64,000 nucleotides of DNA, taken from positions 101,179 to 165,178 of the forward strand of contig JBGSQT010000038.1 of assembly GCA_041737965.1 (NCBI GenBank), written 5' to 3'. Shown in pieces: positions 1-10,700 of the stretch. The notes under the pieces are model-generated. The model was not told where the DNA came from and ran no database searches. It saw only the letters and a program-made list of their open reading frames with translations. The position numbers were made by a program, and so were the translations under genes. Within the stretch, counting starts at the first letter, position 1, and each line of letters opens with the position of its first letter. This DNA comes from Spirochaetota bacterium. GTDB lineage: Bacteria; Spirochaetota; UBA4802; UBA5550.

Positions 1-994
1 AGAGATAGATCGCATGGACCGCCTCCAGCGCCCTGTATCCGTCCAGACCGGACGATGTGACGCCGGAACCAGGGGCCTTCATAAGCGCTTTCACCTCGCG
101 GTACAATTCCGTGAAGGGATTGTTTTTTCTGATCGAAGGAAAGGGCGCATCGCGGAGGTCGTTGAAACCGCGGTAGATTACCGATTTCTTTTTCAGACAC
201 ATCTTTTCGTATCCGTTTCCGATAACGATCCTGCCGTCGGTTCCGGAAATGTCGAGCTCGAACACGAAATAATCCCTCCCTCCGCCGGCCTCGATGAACA
301 CATCGACACCCGTCTCCGTTCTGCACCATGCCGCTGCAGCGTCTTCGAACCCCGTATTTCGGGAAAACCTGGAAAACCTCCCCTGGACCGTGGCTATCTC
401 GCCGAAGAGATGGCGCACAATGTCGATGAGATGGGTGCCGTCGTGAAGCAGCGGGCCGCCGCCTTCGTCGATGCGGGAACTGCCCCTGTATCCCCCCGTG
501 AGAATTCGCGCGTACACGGTGCGGACCTCGCCGATTTTCCCTGATGCAATTATTTTTTTCAGCGCCCTGTACCGGCCGTCGTAACGCCGTTCATGGTTGA
601 TGATAAGAGCGGTCCCGTAGGTTTCGCAGGCGTCGAGTATCCGCCGGGCTTTTTTCAGAGAGGGGGCGATGGGTTTTTCCAGGATAACCGCCCTGGCGCC
701 GTTTTTCGCGGCGTCTACCGCGATAGACTCGTGGCTGTCAGTCCATGTGGCAATGACGACGATTTCGGGACGAACCCTGCGTATGAGTTCGGCGCTCCGG
801 GTATACAGGTTTTTATCGGGGATTTTCGATGCCCTGGCAAAGCCCTTGAGTCTCCCGATGTTGATGTCGCATGCGTGGGTCACCGTGATGCCTGCCGACG
901 ACATCCCTCCGTAATGGGTGCAGGGTTTGTATCGCAGAGGATCGGACTCGAGGATATATCCTATCCTGCCGCATCCTATAAGGGCGGTGTTCAT
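1..994 (-). CDS. Gfo/Idh/MocA-family NAD(P)-dependent oxidoreductase (3' end cut by window edge)
   Basis: Reverse-strand translation from complement(992-994) ATG reads MNTALIGCGRIGYILESDPL...IVVIATWTDSHE...EKPIAPSLKKARRILDACETYGTALIINHERRY, a Rossmann GxGxxG N-terminus plus the EKP motif typical of the Gfo/Idh/MocA family. It is not in the ORF track because no stop codon falls inside the window. Confidence 0.75.
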   Translation of the reverse strand, partial: MNTALIGCGRIGYILESDPLRYKPCTHYGGMSSAGITVTHACDINIGRLKGFARASKIPDKNLYTRSAELIRRVRPEIVVIATWTDSHESIAVDAAKNGARAVILEKPIAPSLKKARRILDACETYGTALIINHERRYDGRYRALKKIIASGKIGEVRTVYARILTGGYRGSSRIDEGGGPLLHDGTHLIDIVRHLFGEIATVQGRFSRFSRNTGFEDAAAAWCRTETGVDVFIEAGGGRDYFVFELDISGTDGRIVIGNGYEKMCLKKKSVIYRGFNDLRDAPFPSIRKNNPFTELYREVKALMKAPGSGVTSSGLDGYRALEAVHAIYL

Positions 995-1018
995 CGGATT
1001 CTGCGCGGTTGCATTCCG

Positions 1019-2341
1019 TTACAGTATCGGGAGATACTCGTTGATCTCATAATCGGTGACGTAACTGTTGAATTTTTCAAGCTCCATCCGTTTGTTCTCG
1101 ATGAATTTCGAAAAGATCACTTCGCCCAGGGTTTCCTTCATCAGTTCGCTGGACTCGAAATGGGCCAGCGCCTCGTCGAGGCTCCTGGGGAGGGGACGGT
1201 GGCCGGTTGTATCGCCCGGTATGGATCCGGATTGCCTGTTGATCTCTGCGGATTTGGGAAGCTCGTACCTGTCACTGATGCCCTTGAGCCCCGACGACAG
1301 CATCACTGAGAAGACGAGATAGGGATTGCATGAGGGGTCGGGATTTCTCAGTTCCACCCTCATCGTTTCCGGTTTGTCCGGCTTGCACTGGGGAAGTCTC
1401 ACCAGGGCATGCTGGCTCGCGGTGCTCCAGGTCGCGTGTGTCGGCGATTCGAAGCCTTTTACGAGCCGTTTGTATGAATTGATCCACTGGTTTGTGACCG
1501 CAAAGAACTCGTCGCTGTGACGTAGCAGTCCTGCAATGTAGGATTCGCTGATTTTTGATTGGAAGTTCTTTTTGTTTTTATCAAAAAATGCGTTTTTATC
1601 GTCCTTGAACAGAGACTGATGAATATGCATTCCCGAACCGTTCTGGTCCGCCAGCGGTTTCGGCATAAAGGAGGCGTAAATGTTGTTGAGCTGGCCGATC
1701 TCTTTTATTATGAGTCTGAATGTCATTATATTGTCCGCGGTGGTGAGGGCGTCTTCATGCCGAAGGTCGATCTCATGCTGGCTGTGGGACCCCTCGTGAT
1801 GGGACGATATTACGTCGATACCCATGTCCTCCAATGTAAGCACCGCCTGGCGCCTGAAATCAGCCGCCATATCAAGCGGAGTCAGGTCGAAATAGCCGCC
1901 ACGGTCGAGAATTTCCGGGGACGTTGAGTTTTTGAAAAAGAAGAATTCGATCTCCGGACCGGTGTAGAGGGTATATCCCATGTCGGCCGCTTTTTTCAGG
2001 TTTTTTTTGAGTATATAGCGGGGATCGCCTTCATAAGGGGTCATGTCCACCTGGTAGATGTCGCAGATCATGCGCGCCACGGAATCCTCTTTCGGCCGCC
2101 ATGGAAGCACCTTGAAGGTGGACACGTCTGGCATGGCGATCATTTCCTGCTCGTCACGCCGGATAAATCCCTTCAGCGTCGATCCGTCGAAACGAACGCC
2201 TTCATGGATCGCGTCTTCAAGCTCCTCGATGGTGATCGCAAAGCTTTTAAGAAATCCCAATATATCGGTAAACCATAATCTGATGAACTTTACGTTGTTT
2301 TCCTTGGCGGTTTTGAGGATATACTCTTTATCATTGTCCAT
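1019..2341 (-). CDS. glnA: glutamine synthetase type I
   Basis: 440-aa ORF with full-length similarity to GS-I (beta-grasp N-domain, catalytic motifs ...GSGMHIHQSLF..., NPDPSCNPY...). Confidence 0.93.
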   Translation of the reverse strand: MDNDKEYILKTAKENNVKFIRLWFTDILGFLKSFAITIEELEDAIHEGVRFDGSTLKGFIRRDEQEMIAMPDVSTFKVLPWRPKEDSVARMICDIYQVDMTPYEGDPRYILKKNLKKAADMGYTLYTGPEIEFFFFKNSTSPEILDRGGYFDLTPLDMAADFRRQAVLTLEDMGIDVISSHHEGSHSQHEIDLRHEDALTTADNIMTFRLIIKEIGQLNNIYASFMPKPLADQNGSGMHIHQSLFKDDKNAFFDKNKKNFQSKISESYIAGLLRHSDEFFAVTNQWINSYKRLVKGFESPTHATWSTASQHALVRLPQCKPDKPETMRVELRNPDPSCNPYLVFSVMLSSGLKGISDRYELPKSAEINRQSGSIPGDTTGHRPLPRSLDEALAHFESSELMKETLGEVIFSKFIENKRMELEKFNSYVTDYEINEYLPIL

Positions 2342-2419
2342 CTGGACGCTCCCTCATGTTCTTTTATGAAACGCAGGCGGGGCCTTGTCGCTGCATGCGG
2401 CTGCAATGACGCGCCGTCA

Positions 2420-3418
2420 TCACCAGCTTATGAATATCAAGGCGATAAAAATTGTGAGGATCACAACGAAAAGGACCAGCATCAGAATCGTCCCTTTTGA
2501 CAGACCCGGACCCGATTCCTCTTCATCGAAGGAGGCGGATTTCTGCTGTATCACTCCCTTGATATTCTTCCTTTTTATCGGACCGTCGATCGAGGGGTCG
2601 TAAATCCGGAGTTTGACCTGCTTCTCCTCTTCTGTGAATTTGCCGTAAATGCCGGGCCCGATCATGGTGAGTATCTCAACCGGGTCCTTTTTCCCCGTGC
2701 CCGCCTTGATATCGATAACCTCGGCAGGCAGGGCCCTCACCTGGTTTTCCTCGCGAAGATCCAGCAGATCGATGAAATAATTGGCCCTGTCCGAAAGCGG
2801 CTGTATTTTTATTATGATTTTATCGCCGATTTTAAGCTCATAGATCGGTTTTCCCCGGACGGGCGATACGATAGGTTTAACCGGCAGTATCACCGAAGCG
2901 TCATCTCTGTCCCCGCTGTCGTCATTGCTCTTTTTATTTTTGTCGGCGGTGCCGTCTCTTCTTTTTTTCGTTTCATAGAAGTCTTGCTGGGTAACTTCCT
3001 GTATGCCGGTTTCCAGTATCAGGCTTTTATCGTGAATGACCAGGTTGACCAGATCAAAAAGCACAATATCCACATTGGTGTAATCGTATTTGAACACGCT
3101 CTCGTAAAGGTTTTTAAGGTTCCTCCTGTCGTCGGATATCGATTTGATATGGTCCATGATTGAATGGGTGATGTTGCCGTTGAAATTACCCTTCCATTTA
3201 ATGTCTGCGATGGCCTCTTCATAACGATTCCATTCCTCATGAGGTTCCATGTTGTATATCTCGGAATATGTGGAAGCGACTACGCTGTATGAATCAATGG
3301 TGGTTTCGTCTTTGAAAATGATCATCAGCTGTCCGTACAGGTTCATGGATGGCGATTTAAATCGTCCTTTCACAATTAGGAAATTCTGGCCGATGGTTTG
3401 TGTGGATTCGGGACTCAT
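2420..3418 (-). CDS. hypothetical tail-anchored membrane protein
   Basis: 332-aa ORF, K/D/E-rich, single C-terminal TM helix (ILMLVLFVVILTIFIALIFISW); no recognisable catalytic motif. Lies in a locally AT-rich stretch. Confidence 0.55.
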   Translation of the reverse strand: MSPESTQTIGQNFLIVKGRFKSPSMNLYGQLMIIFKDETTIDSYSVVASTYSEIYNMEPHEEWNRYEEAIADIKWKGNFNGNITHSIMDHIKSISDDRRNLKNLYESVFKYDYTNVDIVLFDLVNLVIHDKSLILETGIQEVTQQDFYETKKRRDGTADKNKKSNDDSGDRDDASVILPVKPIVSPVRGKPIYELKIGDKIIIKIQPLSDRANYFIDLLDLREENQVRALPAEVIDIKAGTGKKDPVEILTMIGPGIYGKFTEEEKQVKLRIYDPSIDGPIKRKNIKGVIQQKSASFDEEESGPGLSKGTILMLVLFVVILTIFIALIFISW

Positions 3419-3889
3419 ATATCACCGTTATCGATTGTTTTACCCTGTTGCTGGGCAGCGCGCACTATAAACCATGTAATGGATATTATGTACAACTGTG
3501 AATAATTGTAATACTAAACCTGCCCGTGTCAATATAAAAAATTGAATCGCATAATAAAATCATTTCGGTTTATTTGTAGTCATTATATCCGGGGCACCCA
3601 ATAAAAAAACATACCAGGGAGAATTGTACTTGTAATATATGCGCTTTTAATCTAAAATTATCGATGATATTTTACACGGGCGAATGTCAGGTCGGTCTGA
3701 ATGCGTCATTCCGGCATGGTTTCTAAAGGCAAATGCCGGCTGTTTTTTCCACCTGCGCCCTCTCTGATGAAAAATATATTTTTATTTCTGTTTTTTATTT
3801 CGATATAATAAACGGGGAATATGGCGTGATTGAGGCGATGGAAGCGTCATTTGCCGAAATCAAAGCAGCTTTGATGGAGATTTAACACG

Positions 3890-4333
3890 ATGGAACATGA
3901 AAAAAGCAAGGGCCGTTATTTGTCTCTGGCGGTAAAAGCGCTTCTCGTATTGCTGGTCGTCGCCGCCGCTTTTTATTTTATCTATGTAAAGGCGATCCGC
4001 GGAAGGGCGCTTTTGATAATCTCTGACAGGGAGATCGAATCGGCGTCAGACGACCAGAAGGTAGTTGATTACAAGACTGGCGGAAGGGTCTATTTTCTGG
4101 TCACAAAGCGGATGACGTCGCTGAACGGGTCCCTGGTCGCCCTTGAGATCGAAAAACGGAAAGGTGACGAATTCGTCCATCACCTCCGGGCAAGTTATGA
4201 AATAGAAAAATCCTTTAGCAAAATCGCCAGCTATATCCCCGAAGAATACTTTTTCGTTCCCGGTAAATACCGCATAAAACTGTATATCGACGGGAAATTG
4301 ATGAATTCCGAAGATATCAGGGTCGGGGACTGA
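3890..4333 (+). CDS. hypothetical membrane-anchored protein (N-terminal TM)
   Basis: 147-aa ORF with N-terminal TM (LSLAVKALLVLLVVAAAFYFIYV); preceded by a 470-bp AT-rich intergenic region. Confidence 0.5.
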   Translation: MEHEKSKGRYLSLAVKALLVLLVVAAAFYFIYVKAIRGRALLIISDREIESASDDQKVVDYKTGGRVYFLVTKRMTSLNGSLVALEIEKRKGDEFVHHLRASYEIEKSFSKIASYIPEEYFFVPGKYRIKLYIDGKLMNSEDIRVGD

Positions 4334-4401
4334 ATGGGGAGGCTGTTGCGTGTTTCCCGATTTGCAGAGACAGCGTGAATCATCTTTAAGGCAGGGTCAA
4401 C

Positions 4402-5571
4402 ATGAAGATTAGATTCTTCCGGCGTATGTGCGTGATGCTGATCTTTATATCGGCCGCACCACTGACAGTGTTTCCTTTCACCGATCAGACGACATCTGAA
4501 CGTATCTTAAAGGAGAACAAGCATTTTGTGGAATTCCTTGATTCCGGTATAACCAATTTTGCCGAGAACAGGGTCGAGGATTACAAAAAAGCCTACTCGC
4601 TCCATTTTAATGCCGATGTGGCGTACCTCCAGGCGGATTACATCAGAGCATTCAAGCGTGTATACGCGTCCCAGAAATCACTGTCACAACTCTATTCTGA
4701 TGTGGTGAAGGATATTTATCTGGAAGAATCCAAGAATATTCTCGATACCATCGCTCCTCTTGTTATAAAATCCAAAAATGCCAGGGCCCGGCTGTTTCTG
4801 ACGCTGGGATACAGGGACAGGACCATCAGCTGGACCCATTATACAATCGGAGACGCATCTAACCCCAAACTGTATTCTTACAGGATCTACCGTTATATAA
4901 AAGCGATCGAGTACGCCAGGAGGGCGAAACGGTACGCCTTTCTCGCCCTTTTTGAGAGCCAGGATCCTGACATGAAGCGAAGGATTTTTTCCAACATGCT
5001 GAAGAGCGAGAACCAGACGGGAAACCCGTTTTTCAAACGTTTTGTCGATCTCGGCGAAAAGGATTACCTCAGGGAAATCGGGAAGAATTACGAGGATTAC
5101 GAAAAGGACATGAAAGAACAGGCGGCTGAACCGTCCAAAGAGCCGGGTATCGCCATGGTTTTTGAAAAGAAAGTGGAGAAGAGGGTGCGTTTCAGGAATG
5201 AGAAACGCGCCGCGAAATTTCTTATTAATACCGAATATGACCAGGCCGAGGACATAATGAGGAGTTATGTGTCTGACTTCAATTTCAAGCTCATCAACTC
5301 GGTCTTTGAAGTGCTGTCGTCGGCAAATGCGACAGAAAAAAACAAGGAGAAGAATTCATCCGAGGGAATTGACTTCAATAAATACAAAATCCACCTGCTG
5401 GACAACTACGCAAGGATAACGAAGGACTCGACGCTGGCCTCATTCTACGGTTCGATTTCTGTTGAAGACGCCGTGAGCGAATCAAAAATAAAAGAGGAAA
5501 CCGGGGACGAACATGCGGAGCAGGAGAAAGCTGAGCCGCTTAAAACCGACGTTGATGTGAAAAAAAATTGA
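4402..5571 (+). CDS. hypothetical secreted protein
   Basis: 389-aa ORF with signal-peptide-like N-terminus (MCVMLIFISAAPLTVFPF); K/E/Y-rich with no recognised domain. Confidence 0.5.
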   Translation: MKIRFFRRMCVMLIFISAAPLTVFPFTDQTTSERILKENKHFVEFLDSGITNFAENRVEDYKKAYSLHFNADVAYLQADYIRAFKRVYASQKSLSQLYSDVVKDIYLEESKNILDTIAPLVIKSKNARARLFLTLGYRDRTISWTHYTIGDASNPKLYSYRIYRYIKAIEYARRAKRYAFLALFESQDPDMKRRIFSNMLKSENQTGNPFFKRFVDLGEKDYLREIGKNYEDYEKDMKEQAAEPSKEPGIAMVFEKKVEKRVRFRNEKRAAKFLINTEYDQAEDIMRSYVSDFNFKLINSVFEVLSSANATEKNKEKNSSEGIDFNKYKIHLLDNYARITKDSTLASFYGSISVEDAVSESKIKEETGDEHAEQEKAEPLKTDVDVKKN

Positions 5572-5791
5572 ATCGTCTTGCCTGTCGCGATTTTTTATTA
5601 ATTGTCTTGCATATATTGCGTGCAGGTGTTGAGATGAGCTGTCCCGGATACATCCGTCAGCAGCATGAGGATAAATCGATACTTATAAAGCGGATCTTCG
5701 CGGCCGTCATACAAGGAATACACCGGAGCAATGAAAGCCTTAACCTGTAGCATGATCGTCTATTCAATTCTATTTTTATCGATAATAGTGC

Positions 5792-5820
5792 TTGATATCT
5801 TTTATTGGATTTTGTATTAA
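5792..5820 (+). promoter_or_regulatory. sigma70-like promoter (TTGATA-17-TATTAA) for the cyclase operon
   Basis: TTGATA at 5792-5797, 17-nt spacer, TATTAA at 5815-5820; about 40 nt upstream of the ATG at 5861, which has an AAGGAT Shine-Dalgarno. Confidence 0.4.
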
Positions 5821-5860
5821 TACTGTATAAGTAAAATCACACTAAGGATAGCATTGATTA

Positions 5861-7753
5861 ATGTCCAAGAATGTAAATCTGCGGGATAATGAATTCGGGT
5901 TTTTCTCAAGACTAAATATCCGGGCAAAATTAATCACCATAATTTCACTTATTCTAGTCACTTCACTCATGGGGATGATTTTTCTTGCGTCATATTTCTT
6001 TCGAAACGATACTACCATAAGACTTGAAGAAACCAATCTGAAAATTGCGGAAATCACCTCTTCGAAAGTCCAGGTCGAGTTTTCATCAATCGTCGACAAA
6101 CTGAATCTCATGGGCACGACTATGATCCAGCAGTTCCGGTCAAAGGAGCAGCAGGACCTCTTTACGAATCTTTTTTTCAGAAACGATAAAAATATAATTT
6201 TTGTCTCCGTAGCTGACAGGGAGGGTGCGGGGCTGGCCGCAAGAAAGTCGTTGTTTAACGATGAATTCATGAGGGAAAGCAAATTTCAACAAGAGGACCT
6301 CGAGGCTATCACTCAAAAAAACGGCCCCAGGTTCGTCAAGGCATTTGAGGGGCAGGTTGTTGTCGAAAACGTGTCGAGCGATTTTAAAATGCCGGTCATC
6401 GCGGTGGTCATGCCGTTTCAGAAAGCGGGCAACACTGTCCAATCCGTCGTATGCTCCTATATGAAGCTCGACCGGTTTCTGCAGACGTTTAAAAAAACGG
6501 GGGACATTCGTGACACTTTTATGGTGAACGAGCGTGGCGATGTACTGGCCCATCCCGACGGCAAAATCGTCCTGTCCCATGGCAATTACCTGAATCTGCC
6601 CATCGTAAAAATGATGATTGAGAGCAGCCAGCCCAACGGCCAGACCAGATACAAGGACCTCAACGGGGTATACTGCATCGGCGCGTTCACCAGGATCGGC
6701 CTCAGCGGGATAGGCGTCATATCGTCGGTTGAGGAAAGCAAGGCATTTGAGGCGGTATACAATATCCAGAGACGAAATATTTACATAATGATAATTGTGC
6801 TCACGCTGGCTATCCTGATAGTGTATTTTTTCGGCAAGACGCTAACGACTCCCATTGTACGGCTGGTGGGAGCCACCAAGGAGATCGAAGATGGCAACTT
6901 CCGGGTCAGCATCAAGCCCGCCTCGGGCGACGAGATCGGCCAGCTCACCAGCTCCTTTGTCGCCATGGGACGCGGACTGGAGGAGCGCGAAAAACTGAAG
7001 GAGACCTTCGGCAAGTTTGTGAACAAGGAGATTGCCGAAAGGGTTTTAAGGGGCGATATCAAGCTCGGCGGGGAGCGCGTGGAAGCCGCGATATTCTTTT
7101 CGGATATACGATCATTTACGGCTATCTCTGAAAAACTCCAGCCGGAAGAGGTCGTGGAGTTTCTGAACCAGTATATGACCAGGATGGTACAGTGCGTGAA
7201 CGCGACCTACGGGGTCGTGGACAAGTATATAGGCGACGCGATCATGGCCGTCTGGGGTGCGCCGATGTCCAAGGGAAATGACACTGAAAACGCGATAAAC
7301 GGCGCCCTTTTAATGAGAAAGGAACTGATGGAATTCAACAGGGGGAGGGGCGGCGATAAGCGTCCGATCATTAAAATCGGCTGCGGCATCAACAGCGGTC
7401 CGGTGCTTGCCGGTCAGATAGGTTCGGAGGACAGAATGGAGTATACCGTCATCGGAGACGCGGTCAATCTCGCGTCGCGCGTCGAATCGTTGAACAAGCC
7501 TTTCGGCACCGATGTCCTCATCTCCTCCGACGCCTATTCGAAAGTGAAAAACATCTTTCGGGTCGAACCGATGCAGAAAATTAAAGTCAAGGGAAAAGTC
7601 GAGCCCCAGCAGATATATGCGGTTCTGGGAAGGCTCGATGACGATACGGCCCCAAAAACAATCGAAGAACTGAGGCGGCTGTTGGGCATCGATATGAAGG
7701 GAAAACCCCAGGGAGATGCAGAGGAAGAAGTGAAATATGAAATCCTGGAATAG
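5861..7753 (+). CDS. sensor adenylate/guanylate cyclase (periplasmic Cache-like domain, TM, HAMP, class III cyclase domain)
   Basis: N-terminal TM, about 270-aa extracytoplasmic domain, second TM, HAMP (PIVRLVGATKEIEDGNF...), then a class III nucleotidyl cyclase core (FFSDIRSFTAISEKL...YIGDAIMAVWGAP...GINSGPVLAGQIGS...YTVIGDAVNLASR). Confidence 0.85.
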   Translation: MSKNVNLRDNEFGFFSRLNIRAKLITIISLILVTSLMGMIFLASYFFRNDTTIRLEETNLKIAEITSSKVQVEFSSIVDKLNLMGTTMIQQFRSKEQQDLFTNLFFRNDKNIIFVSVADREGAGLAARKSLFNDEFMRESKFQQEDLEAITQKNGPRFVKAFEGQVVVENVSSDFKMPVIAVVMPFQKAGNTVQSVVCSYMKLDRFLQTFKKTGDIRDTFMVNERGDVLAHPDGKIVLSHGNYLNLPIVKMMIESSQPNGQTRYKDLNGVYCIGAFTRIGLSGIGVISSVEESKAFEAVYNIQRRNIYIMIIVLTLAILIVYFFGKTLTTPIVRLVGATKEIEDGNFRVSIKPASGDEIGQLTSSFVAMGRGLEEREKLKETFGKFVNKEIAERVLRGDIKLGGERVEAAIFFSDIRSFTAISEKLQPEEVVEFLNQYMTRMVQCVNATYGVVDKYIGDAIMAVWGAPMSKGNDTENAINGALLMRKELMEFNRGRGGDKRPIIKIGCGINSGPVLAGQIGSEDRMEYTVIGDAVNLASRVESLNKPFGTDVLISSDAYSKVKNIFRVEPMQKIKVKGKVEPQQIYAVLGRLDDDTAPKTIEELRRLLGIDMKGKPQGDAEEEVKYEILE

Positions 7754-10700
7754 CGATTTCATCGTCGTCGGCACAAGCTCGCTGATAATCCTGTTATTTT
7801 CGACCCTCCTGTACTTTGATTTTACGAAGAAGCTGAGTGTCGCGAACGCGCAGGAGATCGGGACGATCACCTTCAAGAAAAAGATCGCCCAGCGCAAATA
7901 CTCCGGCCAGGTGGTATGGGAAGAAGTCGACCAGAACATGCTGGTGTTCAACAATGATACCATCCGCACCTCCGAGATATCTGAGGCGGTCGTGCATCTG
8001 AAAGACGGCACCGATATCAGCCTTGATGAAAACAGCATGATCCTCCTTTCCATCGACGCGAACGCCATCAATATAAATTTTTCCCAGGGGTCGATCTTCG
8101 CCAAAAGAGGCGGCATACAGGGTGACGTAAAGGAGATCACGATTCAATCGCAGGACGCGAAGGTCTCCATTACAAATAGCGATGTCCAGCTCACGAAAAC
8201 TGAGAAGAAGGACCTTGACCTTACCGTGACAGGCGGAAGCGCCAAAGTGCAGATTGCCGACAACGAACAGGTTGTGGAGAAGGACCAGAAGATCATACTG
8301 GCGAAGGGTTCCAAAGAGCTGAAGATCGTAAAACTCCAGATCAAGCCCATATCCCCCGACCCGAACAAATATTTTATCACCTCCTCTGATTTCTCTGATG
8401 TCGGTTTTTCCTGGGAGCCTGTGGAGGGGAATCCCGACATCTATCTGGAGATATCCAGGGACAAGGATTTCGGCAGACCGATCGTAAAAAGGAAATCAGA
8501 ACAGAACAGCGTCACCGAACGTCTGCAGGCGGGGACCTATTACTGGCAGTTGAGGGCGGTTGACGGGAAGAACGGCGGAGCAGAGGTGAGCGGGAGCAGA
8601 AAGCTTACGGTGATGAGAGACACGCCGGCGAGGCCTATATTCCCGCAGCAGAGCAAGGAGTTCACCTATACCGCGCAGCCGCCAATGATACAATTCAGAT
8701 GGTCGGCCGGAGATCTGGCAACCGCGTACGTCATTGAGATCGCGCGTGACCCGCAGTACAAATCAGTGGTTAAATCAGTAGAGACCGCCCAGACCGCCAT
8801 CGCCTTCGGCGATCTTGAAGCCGGGGAATACCACTGGCGGGTGAAATCACGCGTTCAGTTCGGCACGGTCACCCAGGACGGGGCAAGCGAAACCATGTCG
8901 TTTACGGTGAAAAAGATACGGGAGATTGCCCCTCCGGAGCTTATCGCCCCGCTGAATAAAAGGATCATCAGCACAGAGCTGATCAGGAAAAAAGAGCTCA
9001 TATTCAGCTGGGGAGCGGACTCGAGATTCAATAACTACCGTTTGATCATTGCCAGGGACGTTGAGTTCAAGGATATCGTGGCGCGTATTCAGGTTAACAC
9101 GAATTATCACGCCATGGCGACCGATCTGCCTGCGGGTGAATACTACTGGAAGGTGCAGCCTGTCGCGGAAGGGGAGGATGACGCCATCTTTTCCAAGGAA
9201 AGGTCGTTTAACGTGATATCAACGGATCGCCTCGGCCTTCTCATGCCGGCCCCGAACATGGAGTATCTCCTTAAAGAGGACCAGAAAGAGGTGCCGGTCA
9301 CATTTTCCTGGGAGAAATCCCCGATATCGGGAAATTATCAGTTTGAATTGTCCGCGGACAAGACATTCTCGTCGGTCTTGGAAAGGAAAACCCTGAGCCT
9401 CGCGTCGGTGACCCAGCCGTCTCTGAAGGCGGGCAAATATTACTGGAGAATCAGGCTACTGGATGAGAATAGAAGCCTTATCATGGGGAGTGAAGCCCGG
9501 GAATTCACCGTTTCCACTCCGAGAAAAGACGAGGCCGCTCTGGCGCTTGAAGCGGAAAAAGCGCTCGCGGCTCAGAAGGAGCTTGCCGCGAAGATGGAGC
9601 TGGAGAAAAAGGAAAAAGAGAAGATCGCCGGCACCATGCTGACGGTAAACTCGCCGGTGCGGCGGAGCGCCATTTACATCAACGGAAAACTGAAGGGGAC
9701 CTCTACCGTTTCGATAAATCCGGTGCCCGGGGAAAAGATTTCAATCACTGTCAAAGCGCAGGGTTACGACGAATACAGGACCGAAGTCGTGCTCCAGACA
9801 GGTGATAGGAAAGTCGTCAACGCCAGGCTGGTGGACCTGAAACTGATGCCGAGGATCCGCTGGAAAACGAATGTCCAGGCATCGGTTATCTCGAAGCCGG
9901 TGTATGAAAAAGATGTCATCGTGGTTAACACAACCGGGGGCGGTGTGGTGGCCCTCAATAAGTACGGCAATCTTTTATGGCGGAGATCTCTCGGCAGTAC
10001 TTCCAAGTCCACGCCTGTCATCGACAATTCTTCGGTATATGTCGATACGGTGGATTCCAACCTCTATTCACTCGATCTCAACAGCGGGAAGATAAATTGG
10101 AAACAGACACTTGATGGCCCTCTCCTCTTCGGCGCCCAGCCTCTTACGGTGAACGGCCGGGTTTTTGCCGCCACCAGTTACGGCAAGATCGTCGCTTTCT
10201 CGGCGAAGGACGGGAAAGAACTGTGGAAAAGAGACATCATGGCCGGTGTTTTTTCGTCGATGGAGCATTATGACGACCTGCTGTTCATCGGTACCGACCA
10301 GTCAATGCTGTACGCGCTGGACGATGAGGACGGCGATACTGAATGGGACTTTGAGGTGGACAGCAGGATAATATCGTCATCGCCCAAAGTGTACAAAGAC
10401 ACTCTCTACGTCGGGTGCTACAGCGGTTCCTTTTACGCCATTGACGCCTCGCGCGGCAGATTAAAATGGAAATTCAAGGCCGAGCAATCTATTTTGTCAA
10501 ACCCGGCGTTTCACGGCGAGACGGTATATGTGGGATCTTCAGACGGCAAGCTTTACGCGCTGAACGCGCAGAAAGGCAACCTTCAATGGAAGTTCGACGC
10601 GGGAAGCAAAACCGTTTCAGAACCGGAAATGCTGAATGACGAGCTTTTCGTGACCAGCGGAAATTCGGTGTTTTCACTGAAGCTCGATACCGGCAAGGTG

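Noticed and set aside
14-1309. ORF-track entries 14-544 (+), 593-1309 (+) and 669-914 (+)
   Set aside because: They lie antisense to or out of frame with the clearly recognisable minus-strand Gfo/Idh/MocA oxidoreductase gene (1-994) and glnA; no motifs of their own. Treated as spurious frames.
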